Below, one piece after another: positions 32,591 to 42,983 of a DNA stretch of 58,542 nt. The notes beneath the pieces were generated by a model. The model was not told where the DNA came from and searched no databases. It saw only the letters and a program-made list of their open reading frames with translations. The stretch is from the NCBI GenBank assembly GCA_964390795.1, contig CAYMLQ010000002.1, forward strand, positions 1 through 58,542, written 5' to 3'. A program made the translations under genes and the position numbers. The stretch comes from an uncultured Lentisphaeraceae bacterium (GTDB lineage: Bacteria; Verrucomicrobiota; Kiritimatiellia; RFP12; UBA1067). Positions within the stretch are counted from its first letter, which is position 1. Every line of letters starts with the position of its first letter.

Positions 32591-35500
32591 TCATTGTGCC
32601 GCTTTCACCGGCTCGGGCGCAAGGGTGAAATAGAAGGTCGCGCCGCGTCCGGGGGCCGCGTCGGCCCAGATCCGCCCGCCGTGGCGCTGGATGACGCGAG
32701 CCACTGTGGCCAGGCCGATACCGGTGCCGGGAAACTCCTGCGCCGTGTGCAGCCGCTGGAAGGCCTTGAAGAGCTTGCCCGCGTACTGCATGTCGAAGCC
32801 GACGCCGTTGTCCCGCACGAAGAAGACGGGGGGGGGCGGAGATCGGAGGTCGGAGGTCGGAGATCGGAGGTCGGAGGTCGGAGATCGGAGGTCGGAGGTC
32901 GGAGATCGGTGATCGGAGGTCGGAGTATCGTTAGCATCCGTCAGCGCGCCGATCTCCGACTGCTGACTGCCGACTGCCGACCTCTGACCTCCGACCTCCA
33001 CCCCCACCTCAATGACTGCCGCGGGGGTCTTCCCCGTGAACTTCCAGGCGTTCGCCAGCAGGTTGAAGAGTGCGGCATACCACAGCCGGGCGTCGCCCAC
33101 GGCTGTCAGGCCCGGCGCGATGCGGATGTCGACGCTGCGAGCGGGCTCGCGTTCTTGGAGCTGGCGGACGGCCGCACGGGCCAGCGCCGTCAGATCCACC
33201 GGCTCGCGGCGCATCTGGTCGCGGGTCACTCGCGAGAGGCGGAGCAGGTCGTCGATCAACTGGTCCATCTGCCGGCAGCCGTTGCGGACGCGGTTCAGGT
33301 AGTCACGCCCGGTGTCGTCGAGGCGTTCGCCGTAGTCTTCGAGCGCCGCCTGGCTGAAGCCGTCGATGCTCCGCAGGGGGGTGCGCAGGTCGTGCGAGAC
33401 CGAGTAGCAGAACGCCTCCAGCTCGCGGTTGGCCGACTCCAGCTCGGCGGTGCGCTGGAGCACGCGCTGCTCGAGCTGCTCGTTCAGGCTGCGGAAGGCC
33501 GTCTGGGCTTGGATCAGGCCGTCGACATTGATCGCGGTGCCGAACCAGCGCACGATCTCGCCGGCCTCGTTGCGGATCGGGCGTGCGCGCACCTTGAACC
33601 ATTCGTAGACGCCGTCCTGTCGGCGGACGCGGTATTCGAGGTCGTAGGGTTCGCGTCCTTCGACCGCCGCGCACCAGGCCGCGTACGCGCGCGGGCGATC
33701 GTCGGGATGCAGCAGCCTGTTCCAGCCGTCGCCCACATGCTCGGCCATCGGCACGCCGGTGAACTCTACCCACTGCTGGCTCTGGTAATCGCAGTACCCG
33801 TCCGGCCGCGTCGTGAAGGTCATGCCGGGAACCGATTCGAGGGTCTGCCGGTAGAACGACTCGCTCTCGCGCAGCGTCGCGGTCAGGCGGTCGCGCTCCG
33901 CCAGCAGGCGCGCGAGCTTGACGTTGCTGAAGCCGAGCTGGGCGATCATGTCGGCCAGCTTGAGGAAGAACGCCACGCCGCGTTCGACGGTCTCACGCTT
34001 CAGGCGCGGGACGCGGTCCAGCGCGGCTAAATACGCGTTCTCGTCGAAACCGTAGGTCTGGGCCTGGGCGCGGAACAGCTCGCGGTCCGCGGTCTCGCCC
34101 TCGAAGAAAAACTGGCCGGTAAAGATGTTGCCCACGTGCTGGCCGGCCACGAAGATAGGGGTGGACATGTCCCAGAGGTTGTTCTTGCACTTGTAGAGGC
34201 GGTGCTCGCCTGCGGCTAGGCCGGCGGATAGCTCGAGGTCGCTTTCAATGCAATGGCGGCAGGCGGCGGCATGCACGCGGTGGAAGCGGGTGCAGATGTC
34301 CTGCCAGCCTGCGCCTACCAGCACTCGGCCCTTGAGGTCGACGATGGCCACCGGGACTTGGGTCAGCGGGTAGAAGTCGTCCATGAGCCGCTGCAGGGCA
34401 GCGGTGTCCAACAGGTCGGACAGGTCGAGAACGCCCAGGTCGCCCTCGGGCTCGAGCACGCTCGCCAGCTTGCGGCGCACGCGCTCGTCGCTCTCGCGCA
34501 GCGCCTCCTCCGCCTGCTTGCGCACGGTGATGTCGCGGTCGGATTCCAGAATCAGGACATGGCCGTCGGCCGCATGGGTGGCGGTCTGGCGGCTCTCGAT
34601 GGTCACGCGCCGGCCGTCGCGTGTCGTGTGCGTGAGTTCGCCCGCCCAGTGGCCGGTCCGCGCCAGTTGCTCGTCCTTTTCATCTACGCCCGCGCCCTCC
34701 GTGCGCAGCAGCACGTAGGTGCGCTGCCCAAGCGCCTCGGCTGCGGGCCAGCCGTACAGGGCGGCGGCGCCCTGGTTCCAGAAGCGGATGACGCCGCCCA
34801 GCTCGCGCACGATCAGCGCCTCGTTGGCGTGGTTCATCAGCTCGGACTGGTGGCGGAGCTGCGTCTCGGTTTCGCGCCGCGCGGCGTCGGCGCGGTTGAG
34901 GGTCAGGGCGATCCACCAGACCACCGCGAGCAGCGAAAAGAGCATCATCAGCACGAGCAGGCCCGCGCCGACGGGAGCGCCCCATACTCCGGTTCGCTCG
35001 CCGGACTCGTGCAGCCAGCCGAGCAGGACGGGCAGAAGGATGGCCGCAGGCAGGAAGCGCCGCGCCAGTTGGCTGCCAGGGCCGACGCCGGTCAGCACGC
35101 GGGCCAGCCCGTCTTCGCGGGCGAACAGCAGGCCTACGGAAAGCGCCAGAAAGCCCGCCGCCGTATGCAGCGCCATGCTCGTCGCCCCTGCAAACTGGTA
35201 GAGCGGCTTCACGTCGTAGAGATAACCGAGCAAGCCCGTCAGGCTGCACAGGGCGATGGCCAGCGTCAGCGCCTGCTGCGGCCAGCGGCCGCGCGGAGCG
35301 GAGAGCAGCAGGAAGGCCGCGCCGCTCAGCACGAAGCAGAGCGCGGTGACCGGAATCATTCGCCCCGGGTAGAGCGTGTGGGCATCTTGAGCGTCGGCGA
35401 ACAGAAGCTGGTCGAGGCCGAAGTCCAAACCGGAGGCATATTCGGCCAGTGTCAGCCCTGCCACGGCGCACACGAGCCCCGTGCAGAGCAGAGACAACCG

Positions 35501-36244
35501 CTCCGGAGCGCGAAGGCGTTCCGCTCCCGTGGCGGCAGGGTGGAGCGGAACGCCTTCGCGTTCCGGCTTTCCGCGCAGCAGCAGCGCCAGGCCCGCCAGC
35601 AGGAAGCAGAGCGCGGTGTTGGCCTTCATCGTGCCCAAATCCGGGGCGATGCGCTTGAGCGCCTCTACGTCGAAGAGCCAGCCCAGCAGCACCGCCGCGC
35701 CGAGTCCGGCAACCGCCGCGCCGACCGCGGCCGGCATGAGCCGCAGCCACGCGCCTGCAGCGGCAGAAGGCGCTGTGCCCGCGCGCTCGCGGTCGCGCAG
35801 AAGGCGCTGCATCTCGCGGGCGATGATCTCCGCGCGGGCAGGGTCGATCAGCTCGACCTGCTGGCGCAGCGCCGCCTCCGCCGCCTGCGCCGAGGCCGCC
35901 TCGACGTCGGCTTGCGCCCGCGCCGCGCGCAGCCGCGTGCTGACCCAGCCCACGTAAGCGCTGGTGGAAAGCAGGATCGCCGCTCGGACCGCGACGGCGA
36001 GAGTGACCTCAATACCGGGCGGGTCGATGAAGAACCATTCGATCAGCACGATGCCCAGAACCGTGCTGACCAGCCCCGGGCCCGCACCGAGCGTCACCGC
36101 GACCAGCATGATGGCGGGGAAGACCGTGATAAAAGCCACGTTCGTGCCGATCTTCGGCTCCAGCGCCAAGCGCAGCCAGACCGCGACCAGCGCACACAGC
36201 ACGGCGAGCCCGTAGCGCGCGATTCTGTGAGTGGGCGCCTTCAT
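32591..36244 (-). CDS. Large membrane sensor histidine kinase (DUF4118-like N-terminus, multi-TM region, PAS, PocR-like, PAS, HisKA, HATPase_c)
   Basis: N-terminal KdpD-type TM segment. PocR-like block [24 protein letters not shown]-box [22 protein letters not shown] and GTGIGLATV boxes. Confidence 0.9.
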   Translation of the reverse strand: MKAPTHRIARYGLAVLCALVAVWLRLALEPKIGTNVAFITVFPAIMLVAVTLGAGPGLVSTVLGIVLIEWFFIDPPGIEVTLAVAVRAAILLSTSAYVGWVSTRLRAARAQADVEAASAQAAEAALRQQVELIDPARAEIIAREMQRLLRDRERAGTAPSAAAGAWLRLMPAAVGAAVAGLGAAVLLGWLFDVEALKRIAPDLGTMKANTALCFLLAGLALLLRGKPEREGVPLHPAATGAERLRAPERLSLLCTGLVCAVAGLTLAEYASGLDFGLDQLLFADAQDAHTLYPGRMIPVTALCFVLSGAAFLLLSAPRGRWPQQALTLAIALCSLTGLLGYLYDVKPLYQFAGATSMALHTAAGFLALSVGLLFAREDGLARVLTGVGPGSQLARRFLPAAILLPVLLGWLHESGERTGVWGAPVGAGLLVLMMLFSLLAVVWWIALTLNRADAARRETETQLRHQSELMNHANEALIVRELGGVIRFWNQGAAALYGWPAAEALGQRTYVLLRTEGAGVDEKDEQLARTGHWAGELTHTTRDGRRVTIESRQTATHAADGHVLILESDRDITVRKQAEEALRESDERVRRKLASVLEPEGDLGVLDLSDLLDTAALQRLMDDFYPLTQVPVAIVDLKGRVLVGAGWQDICTRFHRVHAAACRHCIESDLELSAGLAAGEHRLYKCKNNLWDMSTPIFVAGQHVGNIFTGQFFFEGETADRELFRAQAQTYGFDENAYLAALDRVPRLKRETVERGVAFFLKLADMIAQLGFSNVKLARLLAERDRLTATLRESESFYRQTLESVPGMTFTTRPDGYCDYQSQQWVEFTGVPMAEHVGDGWNRLLHPDDRPRAYAAWCAAVEGREPYDLEYRVRRQDGVYEWFKVRARPIRNEAGEIVRWFGTAINVDGLIQAQTAFRSLNEQLEQRVLQRTAELESANRELEAFCYSVSHDLRTPLRSIDGFSQAALEDYGERLDDTGRDYLNRVRNGCRQMDQLIDDLLRLSRVTRDQMRREPVDLTALARAAVRQLQEREPARSVDIRIAPGLTAVGDARLWYAALFNLLANAWKFTGKTPAAVIEVGVEVGGQRSAVGSQQSEIGALTDANDTPTSDHRSPTSDLRSPTSDLRSPTSDLRSPPPPVFFVRDNGVGFDMQYAGKLFKAFQRLHTAQEFPGTGIGLATVARVIQRHGGRIWADAAPGRGATFYFTLAPEPVKAAQ
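32838..32999. repeat. Palindromic heptamer array, 162 nt (54 codons), in frame inside the HATPase_c domain
   Basis: The plus strand has 12 units of ggagatc/ggaggtc, including 3 perfect 21-nt super-units. A spacer follows, then 7 complementary units: gatctcc gactgct gactgcc gactgcc gacctct gacctcc gacctcc. Confidence 0.9.
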
Positions 36245-38937
36245 CCGTTCGCTCCTGCTTCGCTTTGCGCACCCTCGCCTCCGAGCGTGAAGAAGAAGGT
36301 CGCGCCCTGCCCTAGAGCAGACTCGAACCAGACGCGGCCGCCATGGCGGTGGATAACGCGCTGCACCGTGGCCAGGCCAATACCGCTACCGGTGAAATCC
36401 GCGGCCGCGTGCAGCCGCTGGAAGGGCGTGAACAGCTTGTCGGCATACCGCATGTCGAAGCCCACGCCGTTGTCGCGCACGAAGAAGATGGGGGAGGTCG
36501 GAGGACGGAGGTCGGAGGTCAGAGGTTGGGATTCGGAGATCGACGATCGGAGATCGGCGATCGGAACTCTGACCTTAAGCAATGACTCTCCGCCCTCCGA
36601 CCTCTGACCTCCGACCTCTGACTTCCGATCTCCGACCACAAGCCCCATCTCAATCACGGCATCGGCCCGCTGGCCGGTGAACTTCCAGGCGTTCTGCAGC
36701 AGGTTGGTCAGCGCCGCCTGCAGCAGGACCGGATCGCCGGCGGCGCTCAGGCCCGGCGCGATGCGGACGGTGACGGCGCGCGCGGGCTCGGCCTGGCGCA
36801 GGTCGCTGATGACCGCGTGAGCCAGCGCGGTGAGGTTCACGGGCTGGAGCCGCATCTGGGCGCGCGAGAGGCGCGAGAGGCGCAGCAGGTCGTCGATCAG
36901 GCGGGCCATGCGCTGGCAGTTGGAGCGGATGCGGTTCAGGAAGTCTTGGCCGGCCGCGTCGAACCGCAGGCCGTAATCCTCCAGCAGGGCCTGGCTGAAG
37001 CCATCCATGCTGCGCAGCGGGGCGCGCAGGTCGTGCGAGACGGAGTAGCAGAAGGCTTCGAGTTCGCGGTTGGTCGCGGCAAGTTCCGCCGTGCGCGCCT
37101 GGACGCGCTGTTCGAGTTCGGAGTTGAGTTGCGTGAGGGCGTGCTCGGCCTGCAGGCGCTCCAGTTCGCCCGCCGCGCGCACGGCCACCAGTTGCAGGAG
37201 CGATTCCGCCATACGGGTGTCTGCCAGCGGCTGCCGCCCGATGACTGCGATCAGGCCGATGGGCTTGCCCTGCGCGCTCCAGAGCGTGGCGCCTAGGTAA
37301 CTCTCCGCGTGCAAGCTCTGAAGCACCTCGTCCTTGGCAAAAAATGTACAAACGTCTTTTGGAAAGCAGCAGATCCGCTTGCCCACCACATCGCCGCAGG
37401 GGGTGTCTTGCAAGGTGTAGGAGACGTTGTCCTCAAACCTGCCGTCGTGAAAGACGGCCAGCGTCTGAGCCGTGAGCAGTCCCTCCTCCAGCCGGTCGAT
37501 GCAGACAAAGTCCATGGCGAGCGACTGGGCCAGGTAGCGCGCCAGGTCTTGGAAAAAGCCTTCGCCTGAAGCGCTGGTGCCGCACTGCCCCAGGAACCGC
37601 AGGACGTCCTCCGTGCGCTTGCGCTCGGTGATGTTGAAGTGGGAGATGACCGCTCCTTCGGCTCTGTTGCCGCCAATGGGCGTGACGGTCATCAGAAACC
37701 AGCGCTGCTCTTCCGGGCTGTGGCAGGGGTACTCCAGGGTAAACTGCTTGGAGACGCCGGCGAGCACGGCTTCGATGCCGGACAGCGCCTGGGCGGCGTC
37801 GGCGTCGTCTGTGGCGCAGGCGCGGCGGCAGGCTTCCAAGTAATTGGCTCCCACCTGCACCGAGGAGGCGTTCGAGGCGTCGTTCTCGCGTGCGAATTGG
37901 GCCCAGGCTTCGTTGACCGCCACGACACGCCCGTTCCGGTCGGTCACGGCGATATGTGCGGGCAGGGCCTGCAAGGTTTGCCGGTTGAGCTCCTCGCTGG
38001 CCCGCAGGCGCTCCTCTACCTGGAGTTTCGCCACCGCCACCGCGAGGTGGCCGGCCAGGCGCTCCCACAGCGAGAGGGCGTCAGGCGTGAAGGCGTTTTT
38101 GCGCCAAGCGTTCAACTGCAAGAAACCCAGGCGTGACGGGCCGTCATGCAGCGGCAGCAGGGCGAGCGAACCGTACCCCTCCTGGATGCAGGGGTAGTCG
38201 CCTCCCTGCTTCAGTCGGATGCCCACCGCGTCGCAACCGGCATGTTTCTTGAAGAACAGGGCCGATAACCGCAACAGCTCTGCGCTGCCCTTGCTCAGGT
38301 TGACCATGCGCAGGAAGGCGACGGTGAGGTCACGTTCGCGCTGCGAGCGCCGGTTCTCGTTGAGATGGCGCAAGGCGCAGAGGCCGAAGGCCACGTCTTC
38401 CGCCAAGTCGGAAAGCAGACTGCATTCGTCCTCCGTAAACGGATCAGGAAGCCGCGAATACAGCGTCAACGCGCCGATCGTCGCGCCATTTGAGGATAGC
38501 GGAAAGGCGATCGAAGAGGCGTAGCCCCGGCGCAGCGCTTCTTCGCGCCAAGGAACAAATGCGGGATCGGTGAGCATGTTGCGGCACTGGCAGATCTTAC
38601 CCGAGCGGATTGCCCGTCCGGTCGGGCCGCAGCCTCGCTCTGTGTCCGCCCAGGTGAGACTGAGGGTCTCGAGATAGCCCTCTTCAAACCCCGAATAAGC
38701 GGCAGGGCGGATGGTCTTGCCCGCATCGTTTTCCGCAAACCCGATCCAGACCATGGCGTGCCCGCAGTCTTCTACAATGATCCTGCAGACTTCTCGCAGC
38801 AGCGCCGGCTCGTCTTGCAGACGCGCCAGCGCCTTGCTGCCGTTGCGCAGCGCCCGGAGCGTACGGTCGAGCGCGAGACGTCGGGTGTCGCTATTTTGCG
38901 CAAGCTCTCTCGCTTCTTCAACCATTCGGATACCCAT
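36241..38937 (-). CDS. Cytoplasmic sensor histidine kinase (GAF-GAF-PAS-GAF-HisKA-HATPase_c)
   Basis: H-box SHDLRAPLRSMDGFSQ. DNGVGF and GSGIGLATV boxes. The C-terminal catalytic module is paralogous to the downstream kinase. No TM segments seen. Confidence 0.9.
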   Translation of the reverse strand: MGIRMVEEARELAQNSDTRRLALDRTLRALRNGSKALARLQDEPALLREVCRIIVEDCGHAMVWIGFAENDAGKTIRPAAYSGFEEGYLETLSLTWADTERGCGPTGRAIRSGKICQCRNMLTDPAFVPWREEALRRGYASSIAFPLSSNGATIGALTLYSRLPDPFTEDECSLLSDLAEDVAFGLCALRHLNENRRSQRERDLTVAFLRMVNLSKGSAELLRLSALFFKKHAGCDAVGIRLKQGGDYPCIQEGYGSLALLPLHDGPSRLGFLQLNAWRKNAFTPDALSLWERLAGHLAVAVAKLQVEERLRASEELNRQTLQALPAHIAVTDRNGRVVAVNEAWAQFARENDASNASSVQVGANYLEACRRACATDDADAAQALSGIEAVLAGVSKQFTLEYPCHSPEEQRWFLMTVTPIGGNRAEGAVISHFNITERKRTEDVLRFLGQCGTSASGEGFFQDLARYLAQSLAMDFVCIDRLEEGLLTAQTLAVFHDGRFEDNVSYTLQDTPCGDVVGKRICCFPKDVCTFFAKDEVLQSLHAESYLGATLWSAQGKPIGLIAVIGRQPLADTRMAESLLQLVAVRAAGELERLQAEHALTQLNSELEQRVQARTAELAATNRELEAFCYSVSHDLRAPLRSMDGFSQALLEDYGLRFDAAGQDFLNRIRSNCQRMARLIDDLLRLSRLSRAQMRLQPVNLTALAHAVISDLRQAEPARAVTVRIAPGLSAAGDPVLLQAALTNLLQNAWKFTGQRADAVIEMGLVVGDRKSEVGGQRSEGGESLLKVRVPIADLRSSISESQPLTSDLRPPTSPIFFVRDNGVGFDMRYADKLFTPFQRLHAAADFTGSGIGLATVQRVIHRHGGRVWFESALGQGATFFFTLGGEGAQSEAGANG
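36493..36633. repeat. Degenerate palindromic heptamer array, 141 nt (47 codons), in frame at the same HATPase_c loop
   Basis: Left arm: ggaggtc ggaggac ggaggtc ggaggtc agaggtt gggattc ggagatc gacgatc ggagatc ggcgatc. After a spacer, right arm: gacctct gacctcc gacctct gacttcc gatctcc. Confidence 0.85.
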
Positions 38938-39026
38938 GCCGATCTAAAACCTAACGATAGGATCAACATAGCACGTTAAGCCTCGGCTTGTCGAGCTTGC
39001 ACGGTCTGGCACGGTCTGGCCGGCGG

Positions 39027-42000
39027 CTATATCCCCGGAGCGATGTCTACCGCATACGAACGCTTGAGCGGATAGGATACGGGAGCAGGGGCCGGGCTCT
39101 TCCATGTGTCAGGCACCAGATAATGGCCCTGGCCTGAAGCGGTGCCCGCGTCCGCAGTGACCGGGGTTAGCACGCCCGCGTGAGACACTGAAACCGTCTT
39201 GAGCTTGAGCGCGCCGTTCCGGTCGCTGTACTCATAGTAGAGGTTGAAGGTGCCCGCGAAAAGGCCGGTGGCCTGGGTCGCAGCCAGCGTGGCCATGGCC
39301 GGGTTGGTCGGTGCGTAGACGTAGGCGCCGTCCACCGTGTTGTAGACGGGGGCTTTGCTTGCGGGCAGCGAGACCGCGCCCGTCGCCGGGTTGAACGTTA
39401 GCGGCACCTCGGGGAGCGCAGCTTGCACCGCGTCCACGGTCGTCGTATACGGGCCGTTGCTGTAGGTGTACGGAACGTCCGTCATCTCAGCCGAGAACAC
39501 GGCGTTCGAGTAATAGGCGCGCAGGTCGGTCAGCGGGCTGTAATAACCGCCGGCAAGACCCAGCTCCAGCGCGAAACGGTCTTCGGTCTGTGGCGGATTG
39601 GCCGTGGGGGTCTTGCCCGGATAGCGCCAGGACTGCAGGAAGAGTTCAGCGGGCACGGCTGTGTTGTCCGCCGGGCTATTCTCGTCAGCTGCCGGATCGA
39701 TTTGCAGCAGGCCTGCAAAGGTGCCACGTGCGGCGTAGAGCGGGAAGAAGAGCGGCACGAACGCGTGTTCGCCCTCTGTGTCCGGGTCCAAGATCAGCAG
39801 CGTAGTCGCACCGTTCACAGCTGTGCCGTCCGCCAGTTTGCCGGAGAGGGAGACCCCTCCGCCGTCCTTGACCGTCAGCGTCAGATAGCCGCTGCCCTGC
39901 GGCACGTTCTGCGCCGCACCCGGCGCTTCGGTCAAATTGGCGACGGGCAGGGCCACCGTATAGTAACCTTTGTAGCGGGCGAGCGCGTTGGTCGCGAGCG
40001 CGAACTCCGGCGCAGTCTTGACGAGGAACGCGTTGCGCTGGCCCAGCACGTCGAGTACGGCTGCCCCGAGTGCACCGCCCGACAGGGTGGCCTGCAGGTT
40101 GGCCGTATTCCACTGCGAGCCCGTGTCCACTGCGAGATCCAGTTCCTCGCCCTTGGTTGTGCGCAGCAGAACCCGGAACACGCCGTTGCTCGCGGTGTCC
40201 CACGACGCGCCGGTGAAGGTATATGCCCCGGCCTGTGCGGTCACTTTCGCGCTGATCCTGCCGGCGGAGGTGACGGACATCGTAAACAGCCCGCGCACCC
40301 ACTCATCGGCCACACCAAGCTGCTCCTCGTGAGCGACGCCAGTGAAGGTGCCTTGCGCCGACGGCGTGAGCGGTGCGACCGCGAGCGTGAAAAACGTGTC
40401 CGCCGCCTTGCCGCCGGGGTTGGATGCCGCGATCTTCACGGTGGACACGCCGCCGATAGGTGCTGACGAGGGCACGCCGCTCACCGTGAATGTGCCCGCG
40501 TCATATTTGAGCCCCGCAGGCAGGCCGCTCAACGCGACGGTCGGGAGGCTCTCCGATGTGATCTGCAACGGCAGGCGGAACGTCACCCCGACCATCGCGC
40601 TCTGAGCGCCCGGGTTTGCGACCACGGGGGGGGGGATCTCCGAGGTCAGCTTGAACTCCGCGAAGAGCGTGAGGTCGGCGGTTGCGGAGATCGTTCGCGA
40701 GGCGGTCTGCACGCCGTCGGACCAGCGGGTGAGTGCCCGGCCTTTAGCCGCTGTCGCCTTGAGGGTCACGCTCTTGTCTGGCAGGCAGAGTCCCGAGCCG
40801 GTGACCGTGCCGCCCTCGGGCGGGCGCGGCAGGCCAGTGACCACGGGGATCTTCACAAAGACCGCGGTCGCGCTGACCGCGTCGTTGCTGACCGTCAGTG
40901 TTTGCGCCGCCGTCAGCGGTTTGGCGAACAGGTTGGTCGGCGTCCAGCCGGTGAAGAGCCAGCCGGGACGCGGCTTGGCGTTCAGCGGCACCTTTGCGCC
41001 CGCGTAGTAGCTGCCCGAACCCGATACGGTTCCGCCTGCGGGATGGCTGGCAAGGGCGGTGACGGACACCGTTGTTGCCACGCCCGGCAGCCAGACCACC
41101 TGATCCAGATAGGCGCGGCCGGCGGGGTCGCCGCCCTGCGTGAACGCCCACTTCAGGGTGTGCGTGCCGGTCTGCGTGAGAGCGATTGTGCCGGTCTCCC
41201 ATGCGGTGTCGTTGGTGACAGCCGCCAACACCTTGGCGCCGTCGTAGAGGCGCAGCACACCGCTGCTGGCGACCGACCAGGCGAAGCTCAGCGTGCCGGT
41301 GCCCGTGACGGTCGTCTGGACAAACGAGACCTTGTTCGAGGCCATGGCGCCGCTTGAGGCAGCGTCCGTGCCGTCAGAGGTGACTGCGTCCTGCGGCGCC
41401 CATGCCGGCACTCCGCCGGTCGTCCACTTGAGCAAGACGTTGTCAAGCGCGTCGGCCAGCGTGTCTCCCCGGTTCGCATCCGTGACGGTCACCTGACAGA
41501 CGCTCGGCGTGTCGACCACGCCGTTCACCGCGCTGCCCAAGAGCACATAGAAGGTCTCGTCGTCCTCGATCAGGCTGTCCGCCTTGATGGGAAGGGTCAC
41601 TGTTTTCGGGCCGATCTCACCCGCCGCCCACGACAGCGTCAGGGGCATGCCCGCCGGCGCCGTGTAATCGGCCGCAGTGGCCGTGCCCGGCTGGAGGTAA
41701 ACCTTCACCGACGACGCGTATCCTGGGATGCCGCCGTTGACCGTCAGGGTGGCCGCACCGGCGGTCTCGGAAACCGTGACGCCGCCTGAGGCAAAAGCCA
41801 CGCCGCTGAAGGTCGCCATCGCGAATACGTTCCCGGTCACGTTCGTATCGGTGCGCGGGTTGTCGAGTCGTCCGCCGCTCCAGCGGACGAAATGGTAGCC
41901 CGGATCCGCTACGGCCTTCACCGGCGAGCCGCTTGCGCCATAAGCGACGGTCTGGGCGGCCGCGCCGCAGAGCGTCCCGTGCGCTCCCGCCACATAAGTC

Positions 42001-42983
42001 AGGGTATGGACGGTGTTCGTCGGGACGGCAAAGAAAGGATACCCGGCGCCTTCCGCGATTCCCCAGACCGAAACGAAGTCCCAGCCGACATACGTCGCCT
42101 GCTGCCACATCTGCACCGTGGTCCGGCCTTCGCCGCCGGCAGAGGCCGCCTGCCCGCTGGCTGTGATGTCCCAGTAGGCTTTGTTTACCGCGCCGAAGCC
42201 CTCGCCCGCGAGGCCGCCGACCGCACTTGCGCCGGTCACGGCGCCCGCCGCGTAACACGTGTCGATCTGGTCGAAATGACTGCCGACGAGGCCGCCGACA
42301 GCCGATTCGCCGCTCACCGCGGCTGTCGCGTAGCACCTGCTGAGCGTGCCGAACTCGATATCGCCGACCAGGCCGCCGACCGAGAACAGGTCGCCGCCGA
42401 CCTCACCCGCTGCGTAGCATGTGCTTAAGGTTCCGGACTCCATGCGCCCGACCAGCCCGCCCACGTAGGCGGCGCCGGACACGGCGGCTGTCGCGGAAGC
42501 GTTGCTGACCGTGCCGAAGCTGAGCCCCACGAGGCTACCTACGGGATAATAGCCTGTGAGAGCGGCATCCGACAGGCGCACGTTTCTGACCATCGCACCC
42601 GGCGCGATCCGGCTGAAAAGCCCGACGCCGATCTGCTCCGGGCGGCTGACCGTCAAGCCCTGGATCACGAACCCGTTGCCGTCGAAGGTGCCGGTGAAAG
42701 GCTGCCCAGCCGTCCAGCTCAGGGTGTCGCCGTCCCACTCGCCGGCCTCGCCAATGGGCTTAAAGCCCTCAAGAAGGGTTTCGTCAGTTCCGGCGTCATT
42801 CCAGAGCGCGGTCTCGGAGGCGTCGATATCCTGCGTCAGAACGTAATTCCCGTTCAGAGGAAAGGCGGGGTCGTTGCCGATCCGCTGAAGATCCTCGATA
42901 CTGGAAAGGCCCTGCGCGTGCAGGCGGGTCAGCGTGCTGTAAATCAGTAATGCCGCGAAAGTCAACGAGGTACGTGTTTTCAT
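39027..42983 (-). CDS. Large secreted protein with GLUG motifs, InlB-B-repeat-like domains, Calx-beta-like and jelly-roll-like domains
   Basis: Signal-like N-terminus. Repeated VGGLVG....G.L..CYA.G.V.G (GLUG). HTLTYVAGAHGTL...ADPGYHFVRWSGG and GGTVSGSG.Y.AGAKV.L.A.P..GW.FTGW match InlB B-repeat type. Confidence 0.85.
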   Translation of the reverse strand: MKTRTSLTFAALLIYSTLTRLHAQGLSSIEDLQRIGNDPAFPLNGNYVLTQDIDASETALWNDAGTDETLLEGFKPIGEAGEWDGDTLSWTAGQPFTGTFDGNGFVIQGLTVSRPEQIGVGLFSRIAPGAMVRNVRLSDAALTGYYPVGSLVGLSFGTVSNASATAAVSGAAYVGGLVGRMESGTLSTCYAAGEVGGDLFSVGGLVGDIEFGTLSRCYATAAVSGESAVGGLVGSHFDQIDTCYAAGAVTGASAVGGLAGEGFGAVNKAYWDITASGQAASAGGEGRTTVQMWQQATYVGWDFVSVWGIAEGAGYPFFAVPTNTVHTLTYVAGAHGTLCGAAAQTVAYGASGSPVKAVADPGYHFVRWSGGRLDNPRTDTNVTGNVFAMATFSGVAFASGGVTVSETAGAATLTVNGGIPGYASSVKVYLQPGTATAADYTAPAGMPLTLSWAAGEIGPKTVTLPIKADSLIEDDETFYVLLGSAVNGVVDTPSVCQVTVTDANRGDTLADALDNVLLKWTTGGVPAWAPQDAVTSDGTDAASSGAMASNKVSFVQTTVTGTGTLSFAWSVASSGVLRLYDGAKVLAAVTNDTAWETGTIALTQTGTHTLKWAFTQGGDPAGRAYLDQVVWLPGVATTVSVTALASHPAGGTVSGSGSYYAGAKVPLNAKPRPGWLFTGWTPTNLFAKPLTAAQTLTVSNDAVSATAVFVKIPVVTGLPRPPEGGTVTGSGLCLPDKSVTLKATAAKGRALTRWSDGVQTASRTISATADLTLFAEFKLTSEIPPPVVANPGAQSAMVGVTFRLPLQITSESLPTVALSGLPAGLKYDAGTFTVSGVPSSAPIGGVSTVKIAASNPGGKAADTFFTLAVAPLTPSAQGTFTGVAHEEQLGVADEWVRGLFTMSVTSAGRISAKVTAQAGAYTFTGASWDTASNGVFRVLLRTTKGEELDLAVDTGSQWNTANLQATLSGGALGAAVLDVLGQRNAFLVKTAPEFALATNALARYKGYYTVALPVANLTEAPGAAQNVPQGSGYLTLTVKDGGGVSLSGKLADGTAVNGATTLLILDPDTEGEHAFVPLFFPLYAARGTFAGLLQIDPAADENSPADNTAVPAELFLQSWRYPGKTPTANPPQTEDRFALELGLAGGYYSPLTDLRAYYSNAVFSAEMTDVPYTYSNGPYTTTVDAVQAALPEVPLTFNPATGAVSLPASKAPVYNTVDGAYVYAPTNPAMATLAATQATGLFAGTFNLYYEYSDRNGALKLKTVSVSHAGVLTPVTADAGTASGQGHYLVPDTWKSPAPAPVSYPLKRSYAVDIAPGI

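Noticed and set aside
32838-32999. Possible CRISPR array, because of the regular short repeats.
   Set aside because: The period is 7 nt with no unique spacers, the array lies in frame inside a CDS, and no cas genes are present.
34253-36607. 784-aa plus-strand ORF across the two large kinase genes (also 32561-34030 and 27813-28718).
   Set aside because: It is antisense to kinases with clear H, N and G boxes. It has no recognisable motifs and an Arg/Gln/Ala-biased composition.
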